Shown here: positions 39,087 to 48,935 of the stretch, one piece after another
Numbering within the stretch: the first letter of the stretch is position 1
How the letters are laid out: each line of letters starts with the position of its first letter
Virus record (IMG/VR): IMGVR_UViG_3300042318_000627
Coordinates: 1 to 64,000 of that record
Length of the DNA stretch: 64,000 nucleotides
Direction: 5' to 3' (one strand)
Origin: an uncultured virus (IMG/VR IMGVR_UViG_3300042318_000627)
Taxonomy: Duplodnaviria > Heunggongvirae > Uroviricota > Caudoviricetes
Notes under the pieces: model-generated
The model's input: only the letters and a program-made list of their open reading frames with translations
Told to the model about the DNA's origin: nothing
The model's database searches: none
Made by a program: the position numbers and the translations under genes

Positions 39087-39983
39087 TTATCCCGATGGTG
39101 GGAAACTGAATGCACTTATTTTATCATTCGTGAATGATGTAGCGCCTGAAAGTGTATTGTTTATTGGGGTAGATACCGCCGATAGATTAAGATTTGCGGT
39201 TCCACCCGAAGTATTTTCCGACACAATACCCGAAACGCCGTCTTGAACATCGATGGTCGCACCAGATGTTGCATTTTGGATATTTCCTTGTATTCCTTGC
39301 ATTTGATCCTGTAGTTTAGATATACCAGTCTGGTCCATTGCACCGTTTACCGCATCACCAACCTGGTTTTTCAAATCTCCAACCGCCTGATCTACCATAT
39401 CCTCAACCAATGACTTTAATATTGCACCGGGATTTCCGGAAGATAGTGCGGAAATTATCGCAATCGCCCCACCTACCATTGCCATGTTTATTTTAAGACC
39501 CGGTGCAAATGGCGGAACTATAGTTGTGTATTTTGTAATTTTGTCGGCAATAAACTTTGGTCCGGCACCAAGAAGAATACCGGCTTTATCCAAACCTGGA
39601 AAGCTTGGCATGTTTGGCAAATTCAAACTTGGAAGCGGTGGCAATGATGCTGCAAAATTTGGAAGAGATGTTGATAATCCCATGGTACCTGCGACACCCG
39701 ACAGAGAAGTTGGACCCCCGAACGCCGCCGATATACCACCAATCGTCGTGGGAGCCCCAAAACTTGAAACAGCCCCCGACAATGTTTTTGGAACCCCGCC
39801 AATTGTTGAGGAAATTCCCGAAACAGATGCAATGGAAGATAAAGAAGAACCCGCTCCAATAGATATTGTGGGAGATTTTAACATCGACAAACCGGTGGAT
39901 GTCACGCCGTTTGTCATAGCCGATAGAGACGTTGGTGGACTGGAAGACACAGTCGGTGCAGAAAATAATGGAATGTCTGGCAT
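39087..39983 (-). CDS. Hypothetical low-complexity (G/S/P-rich) baseplate-module protein
   Basis: 298-aa ORF tightly packed behind the hub/spike gene. Confidence 0.6.
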   Translation of the reverse strand: MPDIPLFSAPTVSSSPPTSLSAMTNGVTSTGLSMLKSPTISIGAGSSLSSIASVSGISSTIGGVPKTLSGAVSSFGAPTTIGGISAAFGGPTSLSGVAGTMGLSTSLPNFAASLPPLPSLNLPNMPSFPGLDKAGILLGAGPKFIADKITKYTTIVPPFAPGLKINMAMVGGAIAIISALSSGNPGAILKSLVEDMVDQAVGDLKNQVGDAVNGAMDQTGISKLQDQMQGIQGNIQNATSGATIDVQDGVSGIVSENTSGGTANLNLSAVSTPINNTLSGATSFTNDKISAFSFPPSG

Positions 39984-39986
39984 ATG

Positions 39987-41414
39987 TTAATCTACCCCCC
40001 CAGCAACGAACACTCTACCACTCATGAGTGAACTCAATTGAGAGCGAAGAGCCAGCAAACTGATCTGGGATGCTTGTAGAGACAGCAATTGCTCCGCCCA
40101 CAATACTGACGCGGGTGGTAATATAGGAAGTAGGGTTGGGCCAGTTTTGGTCAAATGTAAGTGAGTCTGTAGGGCCATTAGGACTTGAATTTGTGTATTG
40201 ACATTCAATAACATCCAATCGCACATTGAATACATCCAAGCCACCGTACTTCTTCCTAACAAAGCGGGTTCATATGTTTTTCCATGATCTCCCAAATATA
40301 TCTTAGGAGAATTTATTGTCGCCGTCTTTAATGCGGTGAGTGTCATTCTATTAACACATGATATAGAAATTGCGTCGTCACTTGTCATTCCAATGTTTTT
40401 CTTAGAGAAGAAAAACATTTCATTGGATTTGGAAGAAAGCACCAACCTATCGCTGTTTATTACGATCTGATCACCGTCCAGTTTTGGTAAACCCACCGGT
40501 TTGTTTCCACGTATTATTGCGTTCGTTGTCGTGGGTTGAAATTTTGAAACAGTTTTGCCAGAAGTAATGTGTACGGAAGATCCATCTTTATTTATATCTT
40601 CTTCTGTATATCCCTTTGCGGTAAATCCTTCTGGATTTTTAATTGGTGCTTGACGGTTACGCAGCAGAATCATCGGATTACCACCTCCGTCAGCGTAATC
40701 ATCTTTTCCATTGTCATTTCCCCTAACACCGTCATATGCTCCAAATCTTATAGAAGATCCAAATCTTGATTCTAGTATAGTATCTCCTTCATATCTTTTA
40801 ATAGAGCGAATCTTTGGATTAAATTTAAAATAGTTTCCCAATACTCCTGTATAATTTTCCCCACCAAAAAAATTCATAGTAGATTTTGGACCTGTGTATG
40901 GTTCTCCGTTGTTGTATTCATCTGTATTTTGATCTACCCAACCAGACACACGCTCAGTTATAAAACTTGCATTGCTATTCACAACCGATTTGAAGTTTAA
41001 TTTACGAGAATAGAAATAGCTTTCCATATATCTTCCAACAATCACCATTTCATTCATCAACGGCCACTCGGTTATACCAGTATTTTCAATTGGATATGCC
41101 CAACCAAGTTGTTCTTTATCTTTACCTCTTTCACTGTTCAAGAATCTAAATTTTATTGCACCAATTTGACCATAATCATTTGTACCGGAAACAGGTTCAC
41201 TGCCATCTATGTTCGGTGGAAAATCGTTTGTATCCAATTCGTCTGTAAATGCAGGGTGTTTATCGTCCAATATAATATCCAGTACTACCGCTTCTTCCAA
41301 TTCATAGAAATAACTTGTATCAGGTTTGCGTTCAATAACAAACCTTTTTGAAGCAAGCATGTCATCTTGCTTTATGTTGAGGTCACTTCTGCGTTCTGTT
41401 TCTGTGTATGACAT
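39987..41414 (-). CDS. Putative baseplate hub/central spike protein (gp5/gpV-like)
   Basis: N-terminal OB-like region (WAYP..PLMNEMV), YEGDTILESRFGSSIRFG, QIVINSDRLVL, C-terminal THLH; adjacent to gp25. Confidence 0.6.
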   Translation of the reverse strand: MSYTETERRSDLNIKQDDMLASKRFVIERKPDTSYFYELEEAVVLDIILDDKHPAFTDELDTNDFPPNIDGSEPVSGTNDYGQIGAIKFRFLNSERGKDKEQLGWAYPIENTGITEWPLMNEMVIVGRYMESYFYSRKLNFKSVVNSNASFITERVSGWVDQNTDEYNNGEPYTGPKSTMNFFGGENYTGVLGNYFKFNPKIRSIKRYEGDTILESRFGSSIRFGAYDGVRGNDNGKDDYADGGGNPMILLRNRQAPIKNPEGFTAKGYTEEDINKDGSSVHITSGKTVSKFQPTTTNAIIRGNKPVGLPKLDGDQIVINSDRLVLSSKSNEMFFFSKKNIGMTSDDAISISCVNRMTLTALKTATINSPKIYLGDHGKTYEPALLGRSTVAWMYSMCDWMLLNVNTQIQVLMALQTHLHLTKTGPTLLPILPPASVLWAEQLLSLQASQISLLALRSQLSSLMSGRVFVAGGVD

Positions 41415-41794
41415 TATTTAGGTTCTGCTTTTGATTTTTCTGGAGACTTCATTGTTTTGGCGGTTTCTTCTATAGCCGACATGAGTTGCTTTTTTTCTTC
41501 TTCTGTCAATATTGTACCACCACCTTCGCCGTCCGGTCCAACCTTACCAGACATCAATCGTTGAATAATTGCGGCAAGTTTGATTAGTTGCTCATCATTG
41601 CGCACAGACACATCAAAATATTCTTTGAGCAACGGAACGATTGTAACAGCGTCATTTACAGTCTTGATCATGTCCTTCAAGTCGGTAATCAATATGTCCA
41701 ACTGATCTTTCTTTTGTTCCGAGTTATTTATAATATCTTTACACAAAGAAGCAAAACTTTTTCCCTTGTAAATCTCAAATTCATACGTTTCCAT
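41414..41794 (-). CDS. Hypothetical helical protein
   Basis: 126-aa ORF, TATTTATA immediately upstream (41798-41805). Confidence 0.7.
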   Translation of the reverse strand: METYEFEIYKGKSFASLCKDIINNSEQKKDQLDILITDLKDMIKTVNDAVTIVPLLKEYFDVSVRNDEQLIKLAAIIQRLMSGKVGPDGEGGGTILTEEEKKQLMSAIEETAKTMKSPEKSKAEPK

Positions 41795-41835
41795 GCCTAT
41801 AAATAGTTATTGAGTGAGTATTTTAACGTTGGTTG

Positions 41836-42738
41836 TCAAGCATCAATACCAGTTATTTTTCCGGTGTTATAATATTCCTCTCGTATTTTACGCTGTGGCT
41901 CCATGAGCTTATTTATAACTTTTGTAATGTGTTGAGTTTGGCAGTCTGCGATTTCTCGTATATATAGATACAATGCTTTTTTATTGAATATATCAATACG
42001 ATCAGCATTTCTGAATATTTCAACAACTGCATTTGCAATCTTCAAGTCACGATCTTTGGTAAAATACTTGCCCACATTTTGGTCCCAATATTCGACCATG
42101 AGTTTGATAAATTCACGTGCTTCACTTTCTTGTTTTTCGTGTTCTGGTTGAACCACAAACTCACCAGAGTCTCCGGTTTGTTCACAAATCTCAACGTGTT
42201 TCTTGAAACGACGATATGTTGTATTATTGTCCAAGATAAACCAATGCTTGGCTACAATACTAAAATAGCTGAATGCCTTACCTTTTCCCTTTTCATATTT
42301 GCTCATATTTGCTACCATATGTGAAATGGCTTGCTTCTGAATATCAAGCGGACTTACATCAGCATAACTAAACTTGAATGTATTATAAATATTCTCGGCT
42401 ATTTTACCAAATGCACCTTGTATCTTTTCGTTGTATATTTTATCTTTTTCTCTTGGGTCTTCTGTTTCATTATAAGCAACAATGGCCGATTCTGTATCTG
42501 GAGTAAAGTATACATTAGAAACCTTTTTTTCAACTCCTTCAACTGCCTCTTTTTTGTTCTTTTTTCCTTTTGGTCTACCACGTGGGCGAGAAATCTTTTC
42601 ATTTACATGAAACTCCGCAGTATGCACAGTTTGTTTCTTAATTTTATTTTTAGGCTTTTGAGATTTGACAACTTTTTTTGTTGGCTTGGACTTTTTTACA
42701 ACTTTCTTTTGCTTGTCGGTTTTTTTAATTTTCTTCAT
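41836..42738 (-). CDS. Phage sigma factor, T4 gp55-like (late transcription), with Lys-rich N-terminal extension
   Basis: YFT..AIVAYN..AFGKIAENI..KYEKGKGKAFSYFSIVAKHWF resembles region 2 of gp55-type sigma factors. Confidence 0.6.
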   Translation of the reverse strand: MKKIKKTDKQKKVVKKSKPTKKVVKSQKPKNKIKKQTVHTAEFHVNEKISRPRGRPKGKKNKKEAVEGVEKKVSNVYFTPDTESAIVAYNETEDPREKDKIYNEKIQGAFGKIAENIYNTFKFSYADVSPLDIQKQAISHMVANMSKYEKGKGKAFSYFSIVAKHWFILDNNTTYRRFKKHVEICEQTGDSGEFVVQPEHEKQESEAREFIKLMVEYWDQNVGKYFTKDRDLKIANAVVEIFRNADRIDIFNKKALYLYIREIADCQTQHITKVINKLMEPQRKIREEYYNTGKITGIDA

Positions 42739-42739
42739 T

Positions 42740-43015
42740 TTATTTTATGCTGTCATTGAACTCTTGTATCACTCTTTGTATTTCGGAAAAAACAAATCCA
42801 ACATCATCGTCTTTTTCAAACAAGTTTTTGTCATCGACCATTTTTAAGCGTTTATACACATTTTCTATTTCTGTACGATATTTGTCTATTTCTGTACGAT
42901 ATTCTTCAATCCACTCTTCATGTACTTCAATCTTTTTTAGCATGTTGTAGCATGCAAATCCCAACGCGCAGGTTGAGATGAAAAACAAAACCATTAATGT
43001 TACTATTATCCACAT
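42740..43015 (-). CDS. Small membrane-anchored coiled-coil protein
   Basis: N-terminal hydrophobic helix, then heptad repeats. Confidence 0.7.
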   Translation of the reverse strand: MWIIVTLMVLFFISTCALGFACYNMLKKIEVHEEWIEEYRTEIDKYRTEIENVYKRLKMVDDKNLFEKDDDVGFVFSEIQRVIQEFNDSIK

Positions 43016-43018
43016 AAA

Positions 43019-43171
43019 TTATTGCTCCTCTTCTTCAAGTTCATCGGCGTCATAACCGAGTTCTTCTTTCAGTATTGTTAGAGCATCTTCAACGGCTGGC
43101 CAGCTGTGTCGTTCAAGTGCGTGTTCAAGTAGTTCTTTTATTTCTTCAAGGTTATCAATGTCGATGTTCAT
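43019..43171 (-). CDS. Small acidic hypothetical protein (50 aa, below ORF-track cutoff)
   Basis: MNIDIDNLEEIKELLEHALERHSWPAVEDALTILKEELGYDADELEEEEQ fills the gap between neighbours exactly. Confidence 0.65.
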   Translation of the reverse strand: MNIDIDNLEEIKELLEHALERHSWPAVEDALTILKEELGYDADELEEEEQ

Positions 43172-43172
43172 A

Positions 43173-43787
43173 TTATAGAATTGCCCAGCCTTGCTCCACG
43201 AGTTCCAAGGCTTTCTTGTATTTTATATATTGAGTTTCTCCAGCTTTTTCTACCATAACTTTATCATTTCTTCCATATTTGACCTTTTTCTCTACTACAG
43301 GAACAAAACGAACACCTTCATCAATCATCAACACACCATTGGTATGGTCAGTTTCATGTTGAATGCAGATGCTTTCAAGCAAACCCAAGTCCTTGCCCAC
43401 AGATTCTTGGGTGGTTGGGTCTGTATCTGGACCAAATGAAAGAGGATTGGCGTGATTGAGAGTTGATACAGTAACTTTCAATGAACGAATTGTGTTGGTA
43501 AGCTTGCCTGGCAAACTCAAACAACCTTCAGTAAAGATAAGCTTTTCTTTACTTGATTCTACAATGGTAGGATTCATGAGAATAATCGGAGGATTATCTT
43601 TACGAACTCTTACAATTGATACCGCCTTGGGTATTCCTATTTGTATAGCAGAAAGGCCAATACCATGTGAAAGTGTATCCAAAGCCTCTATCAATTTTTT
43701 GGCTATTTCTTCACCTTCTTGTATTGTTGATACTGGTTCGGTTTTCTTGTGTAGAATATCTTTATTTTTGACAATTTTGTAACTCAT
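43173..43787 (-). CDS. def: Peptide deformylase
   Basis: GIGLSAIQIG, EGCLS, QHETDH motifs. Confidence 0.93.
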   Translation of the reverse strand: MSYKIVKNKDILHKKTEPVSTIQEGEEIAKKLIEALDTLSHGIGLSAIQIGIPKAVSIVRVRKDNPPIILMNPTIVESSKEKLIFTEGCLSLPGKLTNTIRSLKVTVSTLNHANPLSFGPDTDPTTQESVGKDLGLLESICIQHETDHTNGVLMIDEGVRFVPVVEKKVKYGRNDKVMVEKAGETQYIKYKKALELVEQGWAIL

Positions 43788-43870
43788 ATTTTGTGAATGG
43801 TCGTATGCACATTCACATGTATATGCTAAATGTTTATATTGTCAATATATAAAAAATAAAATTTAAAGAA

Positions 43871-45421
43871 TTATCTTGGAGACACTTTACCGCTTGTTAT
43901 TCCGTGCGGAGCGGTTGGTGCTTTGGGTGGCAATGCTATGTGTGGTGTTTCTTCATCAACTGATTCTGATGATATAACAACATCATCAACCACAATAGAT
44001 TCATTGACCAAAACATCTTCAGCGACTGCGTCGGGAGTTGGCGTTGGTTCTGGTGTGGATGTTGGTTCGGATGATGCAGTTGGGGTTGGATCTGATACTG
44101 ATGTCGTCGGAGTTGGTGTTGGAGTTGATGTTGGTTCTGGCTCTATCACATTCTTTGGTTGTTGTTTATTTTCAGATTTTTCATCTTTTTTAATCAATGC
44201 ATTAAACGCCAAAATTAAACATATTGCCAATGGATCAAACACTCCAATAATTGCCCAAATAAAATAATTAACCGCATCGTCCAATGGAATGTTTAGACTT
44301 TTAGCAATAAACTTAAATGTACCAACATCTGTATGAACAATCTTTTCTTGTGTTTCGGTATTTTGTGCTCGCAACGCTTGTATATTATTTTGATATTCAG
44401 TTATTTTCTGTTTACTTTGTTCAGTCATTTCACCTTTTTTAGTATTTAATGCAACAATCTTTTCATCTGTTTCTTTGTTGTATGCTGCTATAGACGCGGC
44501 AATTTCGGCACTTTCTTTCTCAACATTCTTTATATTGGTGTCAATTTCACTTCTTTGAGATTTGCTGCGAGATTCAATTGCTGCTACACGATCATTATAT
44601 TCTTTTACTTGACCGGCATATTGCTGACGAAGTTTTTCCATTCTGTCTTGTGAAGATTTTATTTGAGCATCAATATCATCACGTTCTTTTTGTTGTGATT
44701 GTTTGATTTCTCGGGCTTTATCCAAGCCACCTTTTTTGAACATGTTTCCACTTCCTTGGTCTATCCATTTTTGTACTTCTTTGTCCAATATCTCAAGTCG
44801 TGAATTATACAGTTTGATTTGTTCAAGTTCTCTGCCAATATCAGAATCAGTAGATGACTTGGATAATTCCAATGCTTGTTTTGCCGACATTATATCAGAC
44901 GAAGCATCTTTGTTTGTATCAGTTGACTTTCTTATAGTTTCTGCTTGCTGATTCTTTTGATTTATAAGCAAAGTGCGCTGTTCAATTATTTTCTTTCTAT
45001 TGTCCTCGATAGACCGCGTTTCCGCTTCATTATAAGTTGATGTCTTCAAAGATACTATTTCCTTCTCAATGTCTTTTATATTGGTTATATTTGCTTCTAT
45101 TTGATGTTCATAGCCTTGTACAGCGATAGAAGTAGCAGTATATCCCGCACTCAAATATCCATATATACCTATTGAGGTTATGAGCATAAGTATCATTGTT
45201 GCCGAAACCATATAAGCCTTCATCCACAAAGTTATATCATTCCATTTTTGTTTTAAAAACGTAGCAGTAATAAATTTTCCAACTTCAAGAGCAATTCCCA
45301 TTATTATAATGGATATGCCGCCGCCAACAAACAACAACTTTAATCCAACGATACTAAAATACGCACCGCACACAGATATTGCTATTGCACTCAATAATAC
45401 TAAAAATGCTAAAAAGTTCAT
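43871..45421 (-). CDS. Membrane protein with long coiled coil and C-terminal P/T-rich tail
   Basis: Three N-terminal TM helices, coiled coil, TM (IIGVFDPLAICLIL). Start reassigned to ATG 45421, downstream of the TATTTATA motif at 45446-45453. Confidence 0.75.
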   Translation of the reverse strand: MNFLAFLVLLSAIAISVCGAYFSIVGLKLLFVGGGISIIIMGIALEVGKFITATFLKQKWNDITLWMKAYMVSATMILMLITSIGIYGYLSAGYTATSIAVQGYEHQIEANITNIKDIEKEIVSLKTSTYNEAETRSIEDNRKKIIEQRTLLINQKNQQAETIRKSTDTNKDASSDIMSAKQALELSKSSTDSDIGRELEQIKLYNSRLEILDKEVQKWIDQGSGNMFKKGGLDKAREIKQSQQKERDDIDAQIKSSQDRMEKLRQQYAGQVKEYNDRVAAIESRSKSQRSEIDTNIKNVEKESAEIAASIAAYNKETDEKIVALNTKKGEMTEQSKQKITEYQNNIQALRAQNTETQEKIVHTDVGTFKFIAKSLNIPLDDAVNYFIWAIIGVFDPLAICLILAFNALIKKDEKSENKQQPKNVIEPEPTSTPTPTPTTSVSDPTPTASSEPTSTPEPTPTPDAVAEDVLVNESIVVDDVVISSESVDEETPHIALPPKAPTAPHGITSGKVSPR

Positions 45422-45467
45422 ATGTATATATAATTTGTCTGAACATATAAATATCAATGTGTATTAT

Positions 45468-45496
45468 AAAAACAACCCCGCATTTCTGCGGGGTTG
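45468..45496 (-). terminator. Rho-independent terminator
   Basis: CAACCCCGCA-GAAA-TGCGGGGTTG followed by a T-tract on the minus strand. Confidence 0.75.
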
Positions 45497-45568
45497 AATT
45501 AGGGGTGACTGAATCAATCACCCTCCACCAGTCTCATATAATAGGAGAGACGCCTATATAACCTTTAA
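45468..45568 (-). ncRNA. Candidate small structured RNA (~100 nt)
   Basis: Own promoter TTGACA-N17-CATTAT (45576-45604), three consecutive hairpins, the last a terminator; no meaningful ORF. Confidence 0.5.
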
Positions 45569-45612
45569 CACTGATATAATGTATGAAGATATATCAATTG
45601 TCAACACTTATC

Positions 45613-46059
45613 TTATAGCAACTTGATTTTTTGTGGCTTTTGTTCTTCAATTTTAATTCTGGGCAATATAATCTTGATTGCTCCATTTTGATAATCAACC
45701 TTTATTTTACTTTTATCAATACCTTCGCCAACAGCAAAAGAGCGAACAAAACTTGAACGCTTTATTTCTCTATAAACATAACGAGCATTATTGTCTGTTT
45801 CAGTTGATGCTGGCTTCTTTCCACCACGAATAGTGAGAGTATCGCCTTCTAGTTCAACGCTTACATCTTCTTTGTCTAGTCCAGCAACATCTGCTTCTAG
45901 CACAAGTTTATCTATATATTCAACCACATCCACTTTGGGAAAACTGGTTTTTGTATATGAACCTACATATGGTGTTACTCCGAAGTTATTGAAAACTTCA
46001 TCAAACAATCTATCAAAAGGGGTGAGAAACTCATCCCGTGTGTATTTAGTTAGTGACAT
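45613..46059 (-). CDS. Small heat-shock protein (Hsp20/alpha-crystallin)
   Basis: PKVDVVE..ADVAGL.KEDVSV..LTIRG..REI..SFVRSF..YQNGAIKIILP. Confidence 0.93.
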   Translation of the reverse strand: MSLTKYTRDEFLTPFDRLFDEVFNNFGVTPYVGSYTKTSFPKVDVVEYIDKLVLEADVAGLDKEDVSVELEGDTLTIRGGKKPASTETDNNARYVYREIKRSSFVRSFAVGEGIDKSKIKVDYQNGAIKIILPRIKIEEQKPQKIKLL

Positions 46060-46237
46060 ATTTATTGTATCCTTTATTTATATCGGCTTCATTATGAACA
46101 CCGACATATACACATTATCATGTTTCGTGCCAAATATTGTGTCACACTATCTACCTCGTAATTAATAAAAAATACATATTTTATGTGTATCATTTTGTCA
46201 CACACATGAGACTATATGTATCAAGAAATTGTCTCGA

Positions 46238-47350
46238 TTACAACAAACGAACTGGTTTGTTTACATATTTCAAAAAGCCTTTTGATTTTGATACCGGCCA
46301 TATAACAAAGTTTGTGGGTTTTCTATCGGATACAATCTTATATGTTTTTTTATAATTTTTAAATTTTTCGTATGATTCCAATGAATCTACTTGTAAGTCT
46401 TCTCTGTATATAGATTCATGCTTATCATCCTCTATACAAAAAAATAAAAATTTAAAATCGTGGCATACTTCTATATCAAATTCAGTCCATTCAACTTCCA
46501 CGGCATATTCTGTTTTACTTGTGTTTTTTAAACCCGCTTCTGTTGTCTTATTATACTCATATGAAAAAAGTTTTAATTCTTCTCGCCAATTGCATTTATA
46601 TAAATCAAACCAATCGGGATTGTTGAGACAACACAAATCAAAAATTTTTTCATCGCTACCAATATACCCTTGACTCAAAACATACTCAACGTGTCGGCAA
46701 AATTCGTCTTGCAACGGTGAAATTAAATTTCTATGTAAAAAGAATATTGTTCCTTTCAATAATCTCATTTGGGACATAACATGCAGCTTTATATCTCTCG
46801 TGTAATTTTTTATATTGTCATTTATACAAAAGAATTTTATTTTGTTTTCTATAAGCAATAATTTGGATGGGTCTGGCCATTTCTTAATATTCTCAATTTC
46901 ATTTGCTCCTCGAATAAAACCGGCGTCAACCCAACCAAAATATTCGGTATTGAATGGATTTATTTCCGACACTTGTTGTAAATAATTGACTTTATTGAAC
47001 ATCAGCACATTATATAATGGCTTTGTCATCTCGGGAACATGTTTATGATGAACCGTCATTTGAAATTCTTCGGAATACATCAATTTTTCCAATTTATCAT
47101 TAAACATTTTATATGATGGTAATTGGTCTATTGTAGTCTCTTTTATTATGGTTTTGCTGAGATCTGGGTCTATTTTTAATCTCGTTTTCAGTATCCTCTC
47201 AACAAATTTTCTCTCGGTCAGAATGTATAACTTTATATCAAGAGATAGTAAATTATCAAACCAATGCATATACATTTCATTAGACACAGTAAAAGCGTCC
47301 CAATTTTTTCTGTCTATATCAAAATAAAATGTACAAAATGTTATATCCAT
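46238..47350 (-). CDS. HtrL/YibB (WlaTC)-like glycosyltransferase with extra C-terminal domain
   Basis: TFYFDI, PLYNVLMFNK..NPFNTEYFGWVDAG, GSDEKIF. Confidence 0.75.
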   Translation of the reverse strand: MDITFCTFYFDIDRKNWDAFTVSNEMYMHWFDNLLSLDIKLYILTERKFVERILKTRLKIDPDLSKTIIKETTIDQLPSYKMFNDKLEKLMYSEEFQMTVHHKHVPEMTKPLYNVLMFNKVNYLQQVSEINPFNTEYFGWVDAGFIRGANEIENIKKWPDPSKLLLIENKIKFFCINDNIKNYTRDIKLHVMSQMRLLKGTIFFLHRNLISPLQDEFCRHVEYVLSQGYIGSDEKIFDLCCLNNPDWFDLYKCNWREELKLFSYEYNKTTEAGLKNTSKTEYAVEVEWTEFDIEVCHDFKFLFFCIEDDKHESIYREDLQVDSLESYEKFKNYKKTYKIVSDRKPTNFVIWPVSKSKGFLKYVNKPVRLL

Positions 47351-48123
47351 GACCAAGTAAATAATGCTCGTTTATGTTTTAAAATACAATTTGTGTTTGT
47401 TTTTATAAAATATTTATCGTGTTCCGACAGCACACTGGATACGCTAAACCCAGCACTTGCCAGAGAAGTGGGAACAAATCCTTCCGAGTATCCAAAGAAT
47501 CCCTGCTTATTTAATTCAAGTAAATATGCCAAGGATTTATTTGAATATCTTACGATTGGGAAGAAAGATCCCATATGCTTATCTGTTGATTTGTAATTAT
47601 CACCGGGTCCCGGCGCAAATCCCAACCAATTGCCAGCAGAACCCATTCTATTGTTGGAAACACTTACTCTATCAAATCCAATATACTGTTCTTTTTGGAA
47701 TACTTGTATTGCAGTAAAATCATCATCGTATGCTTCATAGTCACCGAGAAGCTGCTTTAGGTTTCCATCGAAGCTTACATCGTCATCAAAAAACCAATAG
47801 TATTTATAGTTTGGATTTTTTATATAATATGCAAGCATTCTAAAATGTGCATAGAAATATTTTGGATTTTGATGATTACCCCATCTATGCATATGGCTTA
47901 TAGGTCTGTTGAAATTGTGCTCTGCAAAAAATGCATCATCAAAGAGTGTGACAGGAATTCCTTGGTATTTTGCACTTACTTCATTGGAAGTCATTGCAGT
48001 CTGGTTATCAAACGCCAATTCAAAAATGGGAAATTTTTGATCACGAAATGTAAAGATATTATTGTACCAGTCTCCCGAAAAAGTCTTTGGGTATGTGCAA
48101 AGCACTACGGCAGTATCATTCAT
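47341..48123 (-). CDS. Putative GT-A glycosyltransferase
   Basis: YKYYWFFDDDVSFDG (DxD), FFPIVRYS, YSEGFVPT; start at ATGA overlap (48123). Confidence 0.6.
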   Translation of the reverse strand: MNDTAVVLCTYPKTFSGDWYNNIFTFRDQKFPIFELAFDNQTAMTSNEVSAKYQGIPVTLFDDAFFAEHNFNRPISHMHRWGNHQNPKYFYAHFRMLAYYIKNPNYKYYWFFDDDVSFDGNLKQLLGDYEAYDDDFTAIQVFQKEQYIGFDRVSVSNNRMGSAGNWLGFAPGPGDNYKSTDKHMGSFFPIVRYSNKSLAYLLELNKQGFFGYSEGFVPTSLASAGFSVSSVLSEHDKYFIKTNTNCILKHKRALFTWSWI

Positions 48124-48935
48124 AGGTTGTTTACTTTCTTTATAATCTCGTGCCATTCTGGTACTCTGTTGAATTGATGAACCATATCATACTTTTTTCC
48201 GAACTTGTTTACCACATAACCGTCCATCATTGCCGGAATTCCATATTTTATTTTGTGTTTAAATCCCCAAGATTCAAAGAATTGAGTTGGACCCGAAACT
48301 GCGCAGTGCATTGCCCAGCCGTCGTCCAAATTGAAAATTTTCAATTTGTCTATTTGATTCTTTGTCACCATAACAATAAGGGCAGCTTGGTCTTTGATGT
48401 TATGCGCACTGGAACCAGTTTCACACAGTTGATACATTCTTGACAGAAGGTTACACAATGCCTCTCTTTTTCCGGCAATGATACCGGAGTTTATTACTTC
48501 CGTTTTTTTGCATTCCTGGAAACTCTCTGGAAAAATTTTGTTGATGTTGTCGGAGTTCCACGGTTCTTCTCCAACATTCACCCCCTCTCCGCTAACAAAC
48601 AGATCATAATTCGAAGTATCAAGATTATCAAATGGATTTCCCTGAAACACTACATCAAATACATCAGTTGCAATAAACAAATCGGTATTAGACGCTGTCA
48701 AATAATCAGCGGTGTGCTTTAGTCTTTCATGGTTTATAAACCAAGTATCTTTTACAACAACCTCAACGGGCTTTATTCCCAAATTTTCACAAGATTTCAA
48801 GTCTTGCGTGGTTGAATTTGCACACAAAAGAACAACTTCACCATCACAGTATCTCCTAAAACTGTTTGACCAAAGTTTTATTTTTTCAATGTTATTTGTT
48901 ACGTTGTTTGATAGTCCTATCAAAGAAGTCTTCAT
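48120..48935 (-). CDS. Putative GT-A glycosyltransferase
   Basis: ATDVFDVVFQGNPF, INSGIIAG, DQAAL, VHQFNR. Confidence 0.7.
   Translation of the reverse strand: MKTSLIGLSNNVTNNIEKIKLWSNSFRRYCDGEVVLLCANSTTQDLKSCENLGIKPVEVVVKDTWFINHERLKHTADYLTASNTDLFIATDVFDVVFQGNPFDNLDTSNYDLFVSGEGVNVGEEPWNSDNINKIFPESFQECKKTEVINSGIIAGKREALCNLLSRMYQLCETGSSAHNIKDQAALIVMVTKNQIDKLKIFNLDDGWAMHCAVSGPTQFFESWGFKHKIKYGIPAMMDGYVVNKFGKKYDMVHQFNRVPEWHEIIKKVNNL

Noticed and set aside
39484..39990. 168-aa plus-strand ORF
   Set aside because: Antisense to the low-complexity 39087..39983 gene, which fits the minus-strand operon.
45468..45568. tRNA gene
   Set aside because: No acceptor stem, T-loop GTTC motif or cloverleaf; retained only as an sRNA candidate.
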